In this document: piece by piece, positions 28,068 through 41,604 of the stretch | Layout of the letters: the number at the start of each line of letters is the position of its first letter | Position numbering within the stretch: position 1 is the first letter of the stretch | Assembly: GCF_006345805.1 (NCBI RefSeq) | Contig: NC_042997.1 | Coordinates: 59,892,001 to 59,956,000, forward strand | Direction of reading: 5' to 3' | Length of the DNA: 64,000 bases | Source: Octopus sinensis | Taxonomy: Eukaryota | Position numbers and translations under genes: made by a program | Notes under the pieces: model-generated | Database searches by the model: none | The model's input: the letters and a program-made list of their open reading frames with translations, nothing else | What the model was told of the DNA's origin: nothing

Positions 28068-28469
28068 CTTGAAAAGAAGCAAAATGAAAACATGTAAATA
28101 TGTCGGTCAACATAGATAGACAATAACTCGTAAGCTTAACTTATATATATATCATATGCATTAATCCTATATTAAATACGTATTGATTATACGGTTCATG
28201 ATGTTTACACTTAGGTCATAGAAACAGTTGTAGAATATAATCAGAAAATTTTAAAATATCATTGACATCCCTTTTTTCTATTCTTTGAAATATCTTTCAC
28301 TGAACTCATTCCTGCTATAGAAAATAATATATTGAAGTAGTAATAATAGAGTTTAATGGTAATGTAAGGAACCGAGCTCTTAAATTTAGGTTAGCTCACC
28401 ATTTTTCGGTCTATTTAAAAAAAATTGATGCTTCAAATCGGAAAAATAAATATCATTACGATATATATA

Positions 28470-28930
28470 TATATATTATGGCTGCCCCTTGTTATCGAGT
28501 ATTGCCATTGCACGAAAAAGATCTACAATGTCTTGTACAAAATTGGCAACTAAAACCTTTACTGGTAATAGCCAGCTGTAGTTGTAACTGGGCTTCGTGT
28601 ACCTTTGCATGTCGTTTAAGTCCTCCTGCCGAATTACACTCTCTTCCACATGCCCGACAGATATGATTAGTATGGTGTGTTACACCACCACCAGTGGCCA
28701 GGTTGTCACTCATCTGTCTTGTTTTATGATTACGAAGATGACTCATGAGTCCAGCTTTACTGAGGCAGGGTCTTGCACAGACATTGCATGTCAGAATCAA
28801 AGGAAGACCCTTCCCTTCTGGAAGTGTAACAGCGATGTCCTTCCTGACACCCCTCCTTACTTTCTCATGTGCAACCGAAGCGACAGTTTTTAAAATTGGC
28901 CGAAGAAGGATGAGCTAATCTAAATTTATA
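28470..28930 (-). mobile_element. RTE-type LINE 3' end encoding C2H2 zinc fingers
   Basis: CNVCARPCLSKAGLMSHLRNH, CRACGRECNSAGGLKRHAKVH and a partial CQFCTRHCRS. The CxxCxRxCxSxxGLxSHxRxH finger is typical of RTE C-termini; no TGEKP linkers. Confidence 0.7.
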
Positions 28931-29203
28931 TTGGCAGTTGATATTACCGAACTGCCCAGGTGTCTAAACCACAGTGACATCCGTTTAGCAGCTGATAATG
29001 GAATATATAAATATATTTTATATGTCTGTTTGGGAATATTTTATGTCTTGGGATCTCTTATTGGGTTGTCCTTTATTCTCGTAGAATTGAAAGTGTTTGT
29101 GAGTCCGTGGTTTATGGTGATTACTTATATTGATATTGGTTCATTTATTTCATATTAGACTTGGATAACGCTTAGATAATGTCATCTAGTTTCGGTGGGG
29201 GTT

Positions 29204-29207
<4 letters not shown>

Positions 29208-29291
<84 letters not shown>

Positions 29292-29313
29292 ATCTATCTA
29301 TCTATCTGTCATA

Positions 29314-29376
<63 letters not shown>

Positions 29377-29385
29377 GTATGTATG

Positions 29386-29436
<51 letters not shown>

Positions 29437-29445
29437 ATATATATA
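29208..29445. repeat. Compound (TATC)(TC)(TA)(TATG) microsatellite
   Basis: Visible repeat. Confidence 0.95.
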
Positions 29446-30643
29446 ATTGAAATTTTCTGTGTTTGAGTGTATGTTTGTGTGTGTGTGTGTGTGTGTACAA
29501 AGATTCATTGTACCTCAATAACTTCTATATCTTTCATCCGATTTCTTTAAAATTTTTTACATAGCCGCTTCATATCCCAGACCCGAAAATAAGCTAGTTA
29601 TATTTAAAAAAAATCGATATTGGGGCCTGTAGAGCGATGGGAAACCAACGATGAATGATACCTATTTATTTGCATTAATCAGCTGTTATATAATCTGCAG
29701 GATCTTTCATACTTTTTAAATCTTTTTATAAAAGTGAAAGGAGATTGTCTAATTATTTTCACTGTCAACCAGCAACGGTGATTAAATTAACTTGGAATAC
29801 TGAACGCATACATTTCCACAATTCTCAACCGAGTTTCACCAAACTTTACACACACATTACTTATATCACAAGGATGATCATGTACTAAAAATTTTACCTG
29901 GAGCTTCCGCGTAAATGGACCTAAATGGACATAGTTCTTTGTATGTAGGGTCTTCCGTACATTTTTAATCTCTCTATAAAATCCTTATCGCTCTGTCTGT
30001 TCCCAATGCATTCTCAAACGGCTCAACCAAATCAAATCAAATTTTACACGGTAATACTGTCACACCCTAGGAGTGTCAACATGTAATTTTTGGGGATTAA
30101 AACAATGCAACATTGGCAGTAGTTCCGTATTACGTGTCAAAACTCGAAGAATAAAAATGAAAGAATAACATCTATATTGTAATGTGATATGTTGTTTGAC
30201 TTTTATACTTTGACTTTTAATGCTAATAACGACAACGACGACGACGATGATGACTTGCATTTTGTATATGACAGTATATCTGTCTGTAAATGTATGTGTG
30301 TAGGTGTATGAGTGTTTATATGTCTCACAGTGTGTGTGTGTCTTTGAACGTTAGGTACGTTATTAAACACACTATATGTTTCAGTTTTATACTTTTACTT
30401 TTAATTCTAACCACGACGACGACATGTGTGAGTGTATGAGTGTGTATATGCCTCACAGTGTTTGTGTCTTTCTGCGTTAGGCACGTTATTAAACATACAT
30501 TATGTTTGTGAGGGCTGGTCAGTGTCAATACCAAATTTAATTTTCATTTCGATTAAAACAATATAACATTTCATAGAGATAATCTTTCTATTTACGTAGA
30601 TGTACTTGCATAGCAACTGATTTGATCTCAGATCGTGTGCTTG

Positions 30644-30693
<50 letters not shown>

Positions 30694-31094
30694 TATATAT
30701 ATACAACCTTCGATGGAGTAACAGTTATATATACAGCTTGAACAGACACACATATCAGTACATAAACATACATTTACATGTACATACACATATACACACA
30801 AGCAGACACGTCTACACACTTACATACGTAAATGCTCACATACATACATACATACATGCATACATACGTATATGCGTATATGCATGCTTGTACACTTATA
30901 CATATGCATACATACATACATACATACACACATACATACATACATACATACATACATACATACATACATAAACACATATATATCATGAACTAATTGTTAC
31001 TTTCTCAGATACAGCACGGAATTTTGTTGGAGAATTCTATTTCGTTCATTTGATTTATCATCATCATTATATTGATCCTCCTCCTCCTCCTCCT

Positions 31095-31375
31095 CATTAT
31101 CGTTTAACGTCCACTTTCCATGATGGCATGGGTTGGACGGTTTCACTGAGGACTGGCAAACCAGTGGGCTGCACCAGGCTACAATCTCATCTGGCAATAT
31201 TTCCACAGTTGGATGCTCTTTCTAATGCCAACCACTTCGAGAGGGTAGTGGGCGCTTTTTACGTGTCACCAGCACGGGAGTCAGTCAGGGGTACTGTCAT
31301 CGACCACGTTCGGATGAAGTTTTTACATGCCACCGACACGGGAGCCAGTCAAGAAGCACTGATGGCACGGATGGC
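31095..31375 (-). mobile_element. Interspersed retroposon fragment (recognised as a common octopod repeat)
   Basis: CGTTTAACGTCCACTTTCCATGATGGCATGGGTTGGACGG... next to a (CAT)/(CCT)n tail, GC-rich relative to flanks. Confidence 0.55.
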
Positions 31376-31547
31376 AAATTAATTTATTTGCACTTTGATG
31401 CAGAAACTATAAGGGTAACTATTGAAATGTTTTTATTTTTCATTCCCTTTGAAATTACTCTTATTTGTGGTTTGGGCTTTAGCTGCCCTTTCCAGAGTGT
31501 AATGTGTTCTGTTAAAGGTCACCTCTTTTGTGTATGAAAAACGTACA

Positions 31548-31586
<39 letters not shown>

Positions 31587-31849
31587 CCTGGAGGTGCACA
31601 AATCAATCAACTTTAAATGAAATATCAGAAATATCAGTCTCTGCAACGATATTTAACATGTTTGTGTACACTCGGACATGAGAAAACTTTTCACTGAGGA
31701 AATAGTAACTGACAATATGTATCAAAGATCTTCCTACTTCGTTACGCCTCATCAACTATGGAATCAGTCATTCATCGACATCTAAGAACGGGCGTTTTAT
31801 AAATAATAACAGCAAGGTGTGTGAATGTATATATATATACGTATATATA

Positions 31850-31885
<36 letters not shown>

Positions 31886-31954
31886 TGTATGTATGTATGT
31901 ATGTATGTATGTATATATATAGTTTTCAGATATATCTTGCAAGTGTTTCTGCTA

Positions 31955-32155
31955 TTGTGTGTGATTGTACCCCACCATCGCTTGACAACCGATGTTGCTG
32001 TGTTTACTTCACCGTAGCTTAGCGTTTCGGCAAAAGGCACCGATAGAATAAGTACTAGGCTTACAAAGAATAAACCCTGGGATCCATTTGTTCGACTAAA
32101 GGTGGTGATCTAGCATGACCGCAGTCATATTTCTGAAACACGTAAAACAATAAAA
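31955..32155 (+). mobile_element. SINE fragment with Nin-like domain
   Basis: CCGTAGCTTAGCGTTTCGGCAAAAGGCACCGATAGAATAAGTACTAGGCTT resembles the Nin domain. Confidence 0.65.
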
Positions 32156-32224
32156 AACTATGCTATTTTTATCCCGAGCAATGTCGGGTATCTCTGCTAG
32201 TATATATATATATATAATATATAT

Positions 32225-32266
<42 letters not shown>

Positions 32267-32862
32267 ATATATATATGTACAGAGAGAGGGAGAGATGGGT
32301 GGATGGAAGATGAATAGATAAATACATACATACGTACACACACATCAAGGGTTTCTTTAAAGAGTTTTCCATCTAGATAGATTGTCAACGAAGACTATGG
32401 ATCTAATATGTTGTTGCACAGAAATATCACTATATTTTTAGCCAATATATGTGTAAACACAAGTAAACACCCTGTCTTTATGTATATCATTATATCAATA
32501 CTTAAATACAATATCTTTGTGGATAGAAGCAAAAAAGCATCTAGTTTTAATCTGGGATTTCATTATCGATTAATTTTCTTCTTTAACTGGCCTTGATCAT
32601 CATCTATTTATCTATTGTTGCCATAAGTGCGAAGTACGTATTATATAATGCAAATTAGCAATCATGGGTTTAGCTGTTTCGACCCCTGCTTGAGCGACAT
32701 CTCTACATGTACAATTAATTATATTCTGGTCTTTATTATTATTGGAATAATTATTTAATTTGTTAATGTAAAACTTATTAAGCTTAAATCTATTATAAGA
32801 AATAATGTTACCAAAATCATTACTAGAAAAATTGTTATTATATTTTTTATTATCTATAATGA

Positions 32863-33384
32863 ATATTTATTAGTTTTAATAAGGCCCAGAATATAATCAA
32901 TTGTACATGTAGAGATAAGACAAAATGTACATTTGATAGATTTAATATGGATGATGTAGTATATAAATGTGTAGTGACTTTGATTGATGATAATATTAAT
33001 ACGAATAGCTATAATTTAAATGCGATCTATGTGGGGTCGAATTCTAATCAAATTAAATTAAGGCTGGCTCAACACATGCATTCATTTAAGAGTAAAACAT
33101 TGATTAATTCTACTGGCCTTAGCAAATATATATGGGAATTGAAATCTAAAGAAATTAAGTATAATTTATATTGGGAGATAGTTTGTAAAGCTAAATCTTA
33201 TCGAATAGGTAATCATTTTTGTTTACTATGCACAAATGAATTTATGGAGATATTATTATCTAATAATAAAAAATTGATTAATTCCCATGATGGGCGAAAA
33301 ATTAAATGTAGACATAAGTTAAATTACTTTATAATAAGTTTAGCTAATTTGTGTATATATTTAAACCCTGATTTACGTTACTAA
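32863..33384 (+). mobile_element. Penelope-like GIY-YIG endonuclease ORF (no RT seen)
   Basis: Open frame NCTCRDKTKC...DVVYKC...IYVGSNSNQIKLRLAQHMHSF...NSTGLSKYIWELK...YNLYWEIVCKAKSY...CLLCTNE...LINS...KCRH, the canonical PLE endonuclease with CxC, VVY/YVG, CxLCxxE and CRH motifs. Confidence 0.92.
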
Positions 33385-33912
33385 TTCTTGTAGCTATAAT
33401 TTGTAGTAGTATAATGAGCATAAATTAGCAGTTGATTATGTAGTGTATGTTACATAATTGGAATAAGATTAAACCAAGGTGTTTATAAATTAAATAAATA
33501 AATTAATGAATATAGATTAAGTTATCGAAATTTAGTTTATTTTATGCATTTTACGTATTTTAGTTTTAAATTATTGAGATTTTAGAATTTTTCAAACAAA
33601 TGGTATATTACATCTAGCTTATTTCTTATTTTCACAGCTAAAATACATATTGTTATTTTCACAGCTAAAATACATTCTTCTATCTATCTATTCTATAGTT
33701 ATTATTTACTTCATGTTTTCACGTGATAAATTTCTTAGCAACGCTAGGTTCTAAGTATAACGTTTAAAATTTCAGTCAACTGGAATTCTTCAATAAGATA
33801 AGTTGTTTTTATTTTTCATTAATATTATTATATTTTATTCGATTATTTATAGTTAAGATACGTATATTTCTATATTGATTTATTATGTTACACACATTTT
33901 ATTATTATTTTA

Positions 33913-34026
33913 GACCTGAAGAGTGGCTATATTTTTAAATCAAATTACTTTTAAATTGAATTAATTTTAATAGTATCGATTTTATTATTATCGATTTAAA
34001 GATATAGTCACGAAACGCGCGTAGTC
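33913..34026 (+). ncRNA. Type I hammerhead ribozyme with intact core, in the PLE 3' region
   Basis: GAC-CTGAAGA-[19-bp stem II GTGGCTATATTTTTAAATC / GATTTAAAGATATAGTCAC, two GU pairs]-GAAA-CGCGCG-TA-GTC. Predicted cleavage after GUA at 34023. Confidence 0.85.
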
Positions 34027-34507
34027 GGTTTAATGTTTATTTAATTTAGTGATTTTTTGAATAATATTTTTTATAGCATATTTAGATTTTTCTATATGAT
34101 ATAGATAAAGTCTGAATTACTTAATAGAGGTTATTTCTTTTAATTATATAGATATAGATATATAGACCAATATCATTTTTCTTACTCATAACATCTACTC
34201 TATTCTGAAAATTTAATTTACATTACAAGTTCCCTTTGAATGGACACACATGGAATGAATACCTGCACACTATCCATTTGTAATAGCAAAATATGAACTC
34301 CTATCGGTACTTACACACTATGGACAAAAATCCTTTCTACACAACACATTCCTTGGATAATGGAACAGCAAGTTTAACATCCAACATATATTTTTATTTT
34401 TACTTTTATTCTTATATTTTCCTTTATACTTCCTATATCTCTCCCTTTCCAAAATAACTTCTTATATTGAGCTCTACTATTTCCTTCGATTTAACTCTCT
34501 CATATCG

Positions 34508-34553
34508 TCTCTGATGATGGGATATCTTTTATATCTCTGAAAAAGGTGTAAGA
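34508..34553 (+). ncRNA. Degenerate type I hammerhead (second PLE 3' end)
   Basis: TCT-CTGATGA-TGGGATAT-CTTTT-ATATCTCT-GAAA-AAGGTG-TA-AGA; stem III mutated. Confidence 0.55.
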
Positions 34554-35665
34554 AATTCCACACTGCCTTAGCTTTGTCATCTCATTTTATTTAATATATA
34601 CACACTCATATGCGACCTGCGTTAGACTCCCCACTCATACTATTATCGAACCAGGAATCTAACTCCGGTCCTTCCGTAGCACTTAACTGCCTTTCGGATC
34701 TTCTGGATACCAAAATCTCTCATATACATATATACATCCATCCATCCGTCCATCCGTCCATCCATCCATTCATCCATGGATGGATGACTTCGAGTGCTAT
34801 AGTTTATTTAAATCAGTCTAGGGGTTAAAATAACCATACACATACGTACTCATTGCAACAGAAACCATGAGCTTACTTTGGATGTACATATATAAGCTAT
34901 TTTTAGTAATTTGGATAAAGGGTATACATTAAGGTCAATGATGTATTAGTTATTTCGATAAACGGAGCAAAAGTGTATGAAATAGTAGGTCGAAACTGTG
35001 CTTTAGCAATAATATTAATTCATTGCTCAAGGTACATCAACATTTGAAACTTGGGAATGCCTAACTGAATATGTACACATGATTGGTAATAATTGTCGTT
35101 CGCGTCAACTGATTTTTTTCCTTGCCGTATAAAAAGACGGATATAGTCTTGACATCAGACATATGGTATAGTATTACAACTAATAAATGGTATAGCATTA
35201 CAACTAATAAATAGTCAGAAGAACTCCTTTGTTAAAACATATAGTATTTATGTTTTACATGAATATAATAATATAGAAAAATATTAATTACACGTTTAAC
35301 TGAATATATTGTCGATGGGTGGTAACCAAATTACAGAATTTTGCATGATAGAGAAAACTTAACTGATCTAAGAACTGATACACACACACACACACACACA
35401 CATACACACACACATACACACACACACACACACAAATATATATATATATATATATTGTTTCATTTTATGATGTCCGTTAAGATATATCTTGTTGAATGAG
35501 ATAAAATACAATCTCATTTACATTATATTCCTGTTTTTTTTTATCAGTTATCATGGTTATCATTTTTGGTCATTATGTATCGTGTCAACGCAAGTCATTT
35601 CTCATTTTACATTGTGAAGATCATAACTGTGCGCATTTTTCTGATTGGTTAATATGCTTTAAGTA

Positions 35666-36018
35666 CAGGCATAGCTCGACTTACGTCGTTTTGGTTTAAG
35701 TCTTTTTTCAACTTCAGGTCTTTTATGTTTTTGTGAAAGAAATTAATGGAAAAAAATAAACTTCTATTTCAGTCGACATTCGAGTTTACGTCGGTCTGAA
35801 CAAACATACTGAAAAGCATAAATGTTTAAAAATAAACGCCTAAAAATCAATACTGAAGTGAAATATTAAATAAAATACATGTGAAATATGCACAAACCAT
35901 TTATTAAAACAAATATAAGCTAATAAACTTTTTAAATTGCTTTTTTCATGTTACGTTATCATTCGCGTTAAGTCGCATGTCTTGGAAGCAATTACTGACG
36001 TAAGTTGACGTATGCCTG
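35666..36018. mobile_element. pogo/Tigger-like MITE
   Basis: TA|CAGGCATAGCTCGACTTACGTC ... GACGTAAGTTGACGTATGCCTG|TA: TIRs and TA target-site duplication. Confidence 0.85.
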
Positions 36019-36071
36019 TACAAGTCTTTCCATCTATAAGGGTTTTCCTAGTAGATTTCATTATTTTTACA

Positions 36072-36674
36072 TTATTACCTTCGCCTTAGCGAAAGCGGAG
36101 GTATTGTTTTTAATCGCGTTTGTTTGTTTTATTTGTTCGTGGACAAGATATCTCAAGAACCGCTGGATGGATTCGGACAAAACTTTCAGGGATGTTTGGC
36201 CTTGTGACTGGCTCAAACTGATTAGATTTTGGGACCGATCTAGTACCGGACAAGGATTCTGGATTATTTTTTGTTATATTTACTTTATATGATTACGATT
36301 TAGCGTTAACTTTCAAAACTTTCTCAATTACCTCCCTTCAAGCTGTAACTATTTTGAATAGCCAGTTTGTTAACTTTGGCTTGTATTAGATAAGGATAAA
36401 CTGTTTATTACTGTTACTAAATTTTCTACAGCCACCATCACCTTCCATGATTACCATTGGGATCGATCAGGTACCGGACAAGGATTCTGGGTTATTTTCC
36501 CGTTTTCTTTTTACATAATTTTTGAGGGCGGTGGGGTTCGTTTTTAGTATTCTCATTTGTGAGCAGTCGAGTTTATTTCAGATATTCTTATTTTAAAAAT
36601 CCTCTCTGGATAATCGTTGAGAGGACATTGGTGTTGCCTTGGCGGAGGTTTGCGCTCTCTGAGTGCTCTTGTTT
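36072..36674 (+). mobile_element. HINE/DINE-1-like (Helentron-associated) non-autonomous element
   Basis: Subterminal inverted repeats ACCTTCGCC / GGCGGAGGT, short GTTT repeat, 3' hairpin GCGCTCTCTGAGTGC, internal duplication of GTACCGGACAAGGATTCTGG. Confidence 0.75.
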
Positions 36675-36949
36675 GATATTAACATCGGGGTTTAAACTGT
36701 GTAAATACCTCTGCGCATATATGAAATGCAGTTTAAAAAAAAAATGTATTACTTTCATGCGATGCCATATACTTAGATGTAATTTTTTTACTTTGATTTA
36801 TTTAGAGAATACTGAATATTGATATTTTTGTAGCAACATCCACTGATTTTAACAGTTACTCCTAAATCACAAAAGCTTATTGTATTTTTGAGGAAATTAG
36901 GCTCCTAATAACATCGCCTCGTTATATTTAGTTCATTTCAGCTATAGTG

Positions 36950-37160
36950 GTTTCAAATTTTGGCGCAAGGCTAGCAATTTCACGTGAGGGGCAAGTCGAT
37001 TACATCGACTCCGGTGTTAAACAGGTACTTATTTTACCGATCCCGAAAAGACGAAGAGCAAAGTTAGTCTCGGCGAAATTTGAATTCAGAACATAAAGAC
37101 AGGCAAAATGCCGCTCAGCATTTTGCGCAGTGCTCTAAAGATTCTGGCAGCTTGCTGCTT
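36950..37160 (-). mobile_element. Meta-domain SINE copy
   Basis: GGGCAAGTCGATTACATCGAC...GGTACTTATTTTACCGATCCCGAAAAG...TTTGAATTCAGAAC on +. Confidence 0.8.
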
Positions 37161-37846
37161 TTCATTTTATCTCGTATATTGAAATTGTATTTCCATTATT
37201 CTTATAGATTTTAGTTTTCGCGTACCAACAAAATCTTCAAACTCTAACACTTATGACATCAATTGAAAATACTTTTTATCTGATTTAATATCAGGTAAAG
37301 CATAGAAATCAGATGAAGTTCCAAGTTAGATGTATCTTTGTAGAAATGAGAAACGGCGAAATTAAAAGATCGAAGGCAATAAGACTGGAAATATGCAATT
37401 CCTGTGAAATGCGTTATACCGTTACAGCTGACATGTTTACAGTGATGGTAATAAATTGCTTGAAGCCCCAACCTTATCACACTATCAACGTTTGTTTATA
37501 ATTTGATGTTGCATCTTCCGGATAATAAACAAAATAAAATACATTAAGAGGGATAGTTAGCTTACCCCGTACTACTTAATAGCCAGCTGTATTTATATAT
37601 AAAAAATGCAGTGCATTTTTGTGTATTTATCAAATACCATAAACATCCCATTTCATGGTCTTCCGTTAAACTGTAATATTCCCCTTAGCTTATATGGCAT
37701 TTATTTTACTTTCGGTTTTCATCAAAGACATCCATGGTGACAGTGAATAGAGGTTTAAATAAATAATATCTTATGTCTCATTCGAGGGATTACAGGGATT
37801 CTCCAGCATCCCAGCAAGCAAATAAGTTGATAGCTTCATCCGTTAG

Positions 37847-37961
<115 letters not shown>

Positions 37962-39263
37962 GTGGCCTGTCTCACCATAAAGCGAGCTGGTGTGCCCACG
38001 AAACAGCGAAATGAGGTAGCCATGGCCAATTTGTGAATCTTCATCAGCCGAGGTATATCCTATAGAACCGTGTGCATGTTACTCAAAACTTAAGACAAGA
38101 CATAAAAAAGACTGACCGGTGTGTTATATATCTGCCACAGATTTGTGCAATGTAATACAAAAGTCACGATAAAGTATGTTAACGATAATGTATGTTAAGT
38201 ATGTTGACGCCGAGCTAACCAAGAACGATATGCGTACGGCTGACCCAACATGGGTGTAATTTCCAGAGAGCAGACGCCTTATATTGGGGTTGCATCCATT
38301 CGTAGATTCAGAAATAAAACCATTAAGCTGATGGTACAGGTTAAAAAGTCCAGTTAGTATGCGTACGAGATGAAGTCCATTGGAAGCTTTTCTATCGGAA
38401 GGCAGTGCAGGGACAGAGAAGAGAATGATATAAATTATAACAATAGCAGGCCACAAACCTTCTTTCTCAGGATACCACTGTTCGTGGTTTTGGATGTGGC
38501 AAAAGAGAACACCTTGTCCTCATATCCAAGAGACGACGAACAAGAAACCGCTTACGAATCTGATAGGGGTCAAGCAACTAGAAAGTGGTGTACTAGGAAG
38601 CACAGACCATTGCATCGCCTTGCAACGATGAAAAGAAGATAGAAAAGGAATACGGGGACACAAATTATTGGAGACATCAAAAGCAAAACGTTGAAGAGGA
38701 AGCCCAAGAGAAAGAACAGGCTCAGAAAGAAGGCATGCAAAACAACGAAGCGAGATCCATCAACCAGAAGACATCAAGATCAACCAGCCCATCTCTTCTT
38801 TGGAAGCTGTGATGTTTGCAGTGATGATAGCTTCTTTAACGACTATAGGAACGCAACTGAGAAGGCACGAGATTGCGAAGAGAGGAGGGACGAGTATAAA
38901 AAAGAAAAGCTCAAAAGGTAGACTGTGAAAACCATAGTAATAGTCTATTGGCAGCATTCAGAAAGACGTGGATCTTTCTCACTCCTATCGAATCCGACAA
39001 CGAAGCTGCTCAGGACGAGGCGATTTTCACTACCATGACATACATAAGAAAGTGTTACTAAATACGAACCATTTTCTCTTCGATGCTCTGCTTATTCTAC
39101 AAACCCACCGAAAACATAATATCAAGATAAGGGTAATAAACTTGACGAATTCATCAAGCCATCACCCTGCAGTTTAGTCGGTAACGTTAAAATGTATGAT
39201 GAGTTCTGTACAGCAATAAGTAAGTTCCCGACATGATGAAGCCACTTCAAGCTGAACCAATTT

Positions 39264-39333
39264 TACTTACTCTAAGTTACTCTAGTTACTCTAGTTACTC
39301 TAAGTTACTCTAGTTACTCTAGTTACTCTAAGT
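39264..39333. repeat. (TTACTCTAG / TTACTCTAAG)n minisatellite, about 7 units
   Basis: Mixed 9- and 10-bp units. Confidence 0.9.
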
Positions 39334-40254
39334 TTCTTTTAGTCAAGAAACAGACGTCATAATTTTCTAGTCTGTCCCTAAAATGTAAGAATTTTGAGCA
39401 CTGTCAGAACAAATGTTAAACCAGAGTTATTACGTTCTCCTGGTGATATTACACAAACTGAATAAACAATAACCATTTGGTTCACAGCCAGAATGGATAA
39501 ACAGCTGCTGACTAAGAAGATTTGAATTTGCCAAAGTACTTATAAAACTGCACCAAATTAAATGCCTACATTTTAAAAATGGGTTGGTATCAGTACTAAT
39601 AAATAAATAAACACTTTTGAAATGTTGCCTACGTCTTTCCTGTTTATAACTAAAGATCAAGAAGAAAACAAAACTCCATCAGTTTGGAATATTTTCTTCG
39701 TCATTTCTAAAATGAATATTTCAGGTATTTCAATTATTATTTTTGTTATTATTGGAAGAATTGTTAGAGCGTCGGAAAAAGTACTTAGCAGCATTTCTCC
39801 CTTCTCTGTACGTTCTGTGCTCAAACCTCGCTGTACTCCACTTTGCCTTTCATATTTCGGGGTTGATAAAATAAAGTACTCGACAAGTATTGGGGTCGAT
39901 GTAATCGCTGTAAAACTGCTGATCTTGTGTGAAAATTAGAAAGAATTATTATCGTTATGATCTTAATGCCTTAGTGAGAAAAAGAAGGTAAACGCCTATG
40001 AATCTTCACAGGGCCTCCAAACAACTGCGATAAAGAGAGTAAAGTTATTTCTCTCTCCCGAGAGCTTTCAGTAGACTGGACTGCGCTAAAGTGACCCAAT
40101 GGTCAAGCGGTGGTGTTTAATCGGATGATGAACGATAGTTACGGTTACTTTGACAGTTCTAGCCTTCCAAATTCTACCCACAAAGCACGTTGTTACGAAG
40201 CGAAGTTCTTAAGCACGCAAGCATGTCTGTACCATTATTAATGTAAGGTTTGAA

Positions 40255-40465
40255 GACAAGCCGGCAAAATCATTACTGTGCCAGACAAAATGCTTAGCTG
40301 CGTTTTTCCTGGCTTTGCATTCTGAATTCAAATTCTGAGGAGGTCGACGTTACCTTTCATCATTTCAGGGTCGATAAAGTAAGTACCAGTTGAGCACTGG
40401 GATCAATGTAATCGACTAGCACCCGGCCTGCAAATTTGAGGTCTGCCTATAGCAGAAAGGATTAT
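40255..40465 (+). mobile_element. Meta-domain SINE copy
   Basis: CCTTTCATCATTTCAGGGTCGATAAAGTAAGTACCAGTTGAGCACTGGGATC. Confidence 0.8.
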
Positions 40466-40548
40466 TAATGTAAGGTTATAATTGTAAAATATAATGTAAA
40501 ACATCTAAGTCCACTTATTCATCTATATATATATATATATATATATAT

Positions 40549-40590
<42 letters not shown>

Positions 40591-40668
40591 ATGAATACGT
40601 ACATACATTCTTTCTCTCTTTCCCCTCTCCCTTTCTCTCTCTTTATATATATATATGTATAAATATAA

Positions 40669-40711
<43 letters not shown>

Positions 40712-40734
40712 TGTATAATAGAAATAGGTTTTAA

Positions 40735-41008
40735 GGGAAAAAAGTAAAAAGAAAAAAAAGAAAATGCACATTGAATATAAAAAAAATGAAGGCGTTTTAT
40801 GGTTTGGAAATCGGTTCTCATTCAAAGTCAGTGAACAGCTTTTGACGATACCGGTATGACTGATTCTTTTAACAATTCATAATAATGACTCTTATACCTC
40901 TTAATTCTACCTCAGTTCGTCTAATTGTATATTTATATCATTACTTTTCATAAAGCCTTTATTTTTTATATCCAATGTGCATTTCCTCTTTTTCTTGTTA
41001 CTTTTCCC
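40735..41008. mobile_element. Short fold-back PLE-like relic containing a G3:C8 hammerhead variant
   Basis: Arms ~40735-40801 and ~40949-41008 are imperfect inverted repeats (AATGCACATTGAATATAAAAAA / TTTTTTATATCCAATGTGCATT). At 40826-40861: AGTCA-GTGAACA-GCTTTTGAC-GATA-CCGG-TA-TGACT. Confidence 0.6.
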
Positions 41009-41034
41009 ATATATATATATATAATATATATATA

Positions 41035-41083
<49 letters not shown>

Positions 41084-41604
41084 TATGTATACGATTCTGT
41101 ACATTTCATAATAAATTGTTGTTACACATTATCGACACCAGAAGCATTTCGTAGCGTCAACCATCCCAATAAGACATAAATACCTCTAGTTATTTTGTGC
41201 AGTACTTTACTCATTCTGATGTGAACCGTTTCTTTTAGATATCTTGAACATCTAAACTTAACTAGACAAATGTACAATTGTTTAAGTGAATAAGAGTTTT
41301 ATACGAAAGAAAATTACTTTATTTCCTTAGAAGATCCGTTTTATATTATAGTGCAATATTATAGTGTCATAATATTTATGGCCGACAGTGAACTAGTTTC
41401 TAATTTCACGTTAGTTTCTCCGAAAACGTCACACTTCTCTGCTTTCCTTTCATCCATTTATATATTTTTAACATTTCAGTTGGACTAGAGTTGTGTATAT
41501 CTCAAATCATTATATCAGGTCGAAGGGGTCATAATACAGATTTATTCAATTTAAGTGAATAGAAGGAGCATCTATGGGAAATCTTGCATTAGTATCTTTC
41601 CGTT

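Larger units (their letters stand above)
29969..32200 (+). mobile_element. Non-autonomous Helitron-like element interrupted by microsatellites and SINEs
   Basis: 5' TCTCTCTATAAAATCC...CTGTCTGTTCCC...CCAAATCAAAT...GAGTGTCAACATGTAATTTTT is homologous to the minus-strand element at 48655-49557. A 3' hairpin CCCGAGCAATGTCGGG is followed by CTAG at ~32173-32200. Linking the two ends is inferred. Confidence 0.55.

Noticed and set aside
28492-28800. Host C2H2 zinc-finger transcription factor gene
   Set aside because: No TGEKP linkers, RTE-type finger signature, broken frame upstream; treated as a LINE tail.
39264-39333. Telomeric or CRISPR-like array
   Set aside because: Spacer-less 9/10-bp units, not TTAGGG; eukaryotic context with no cas genes.
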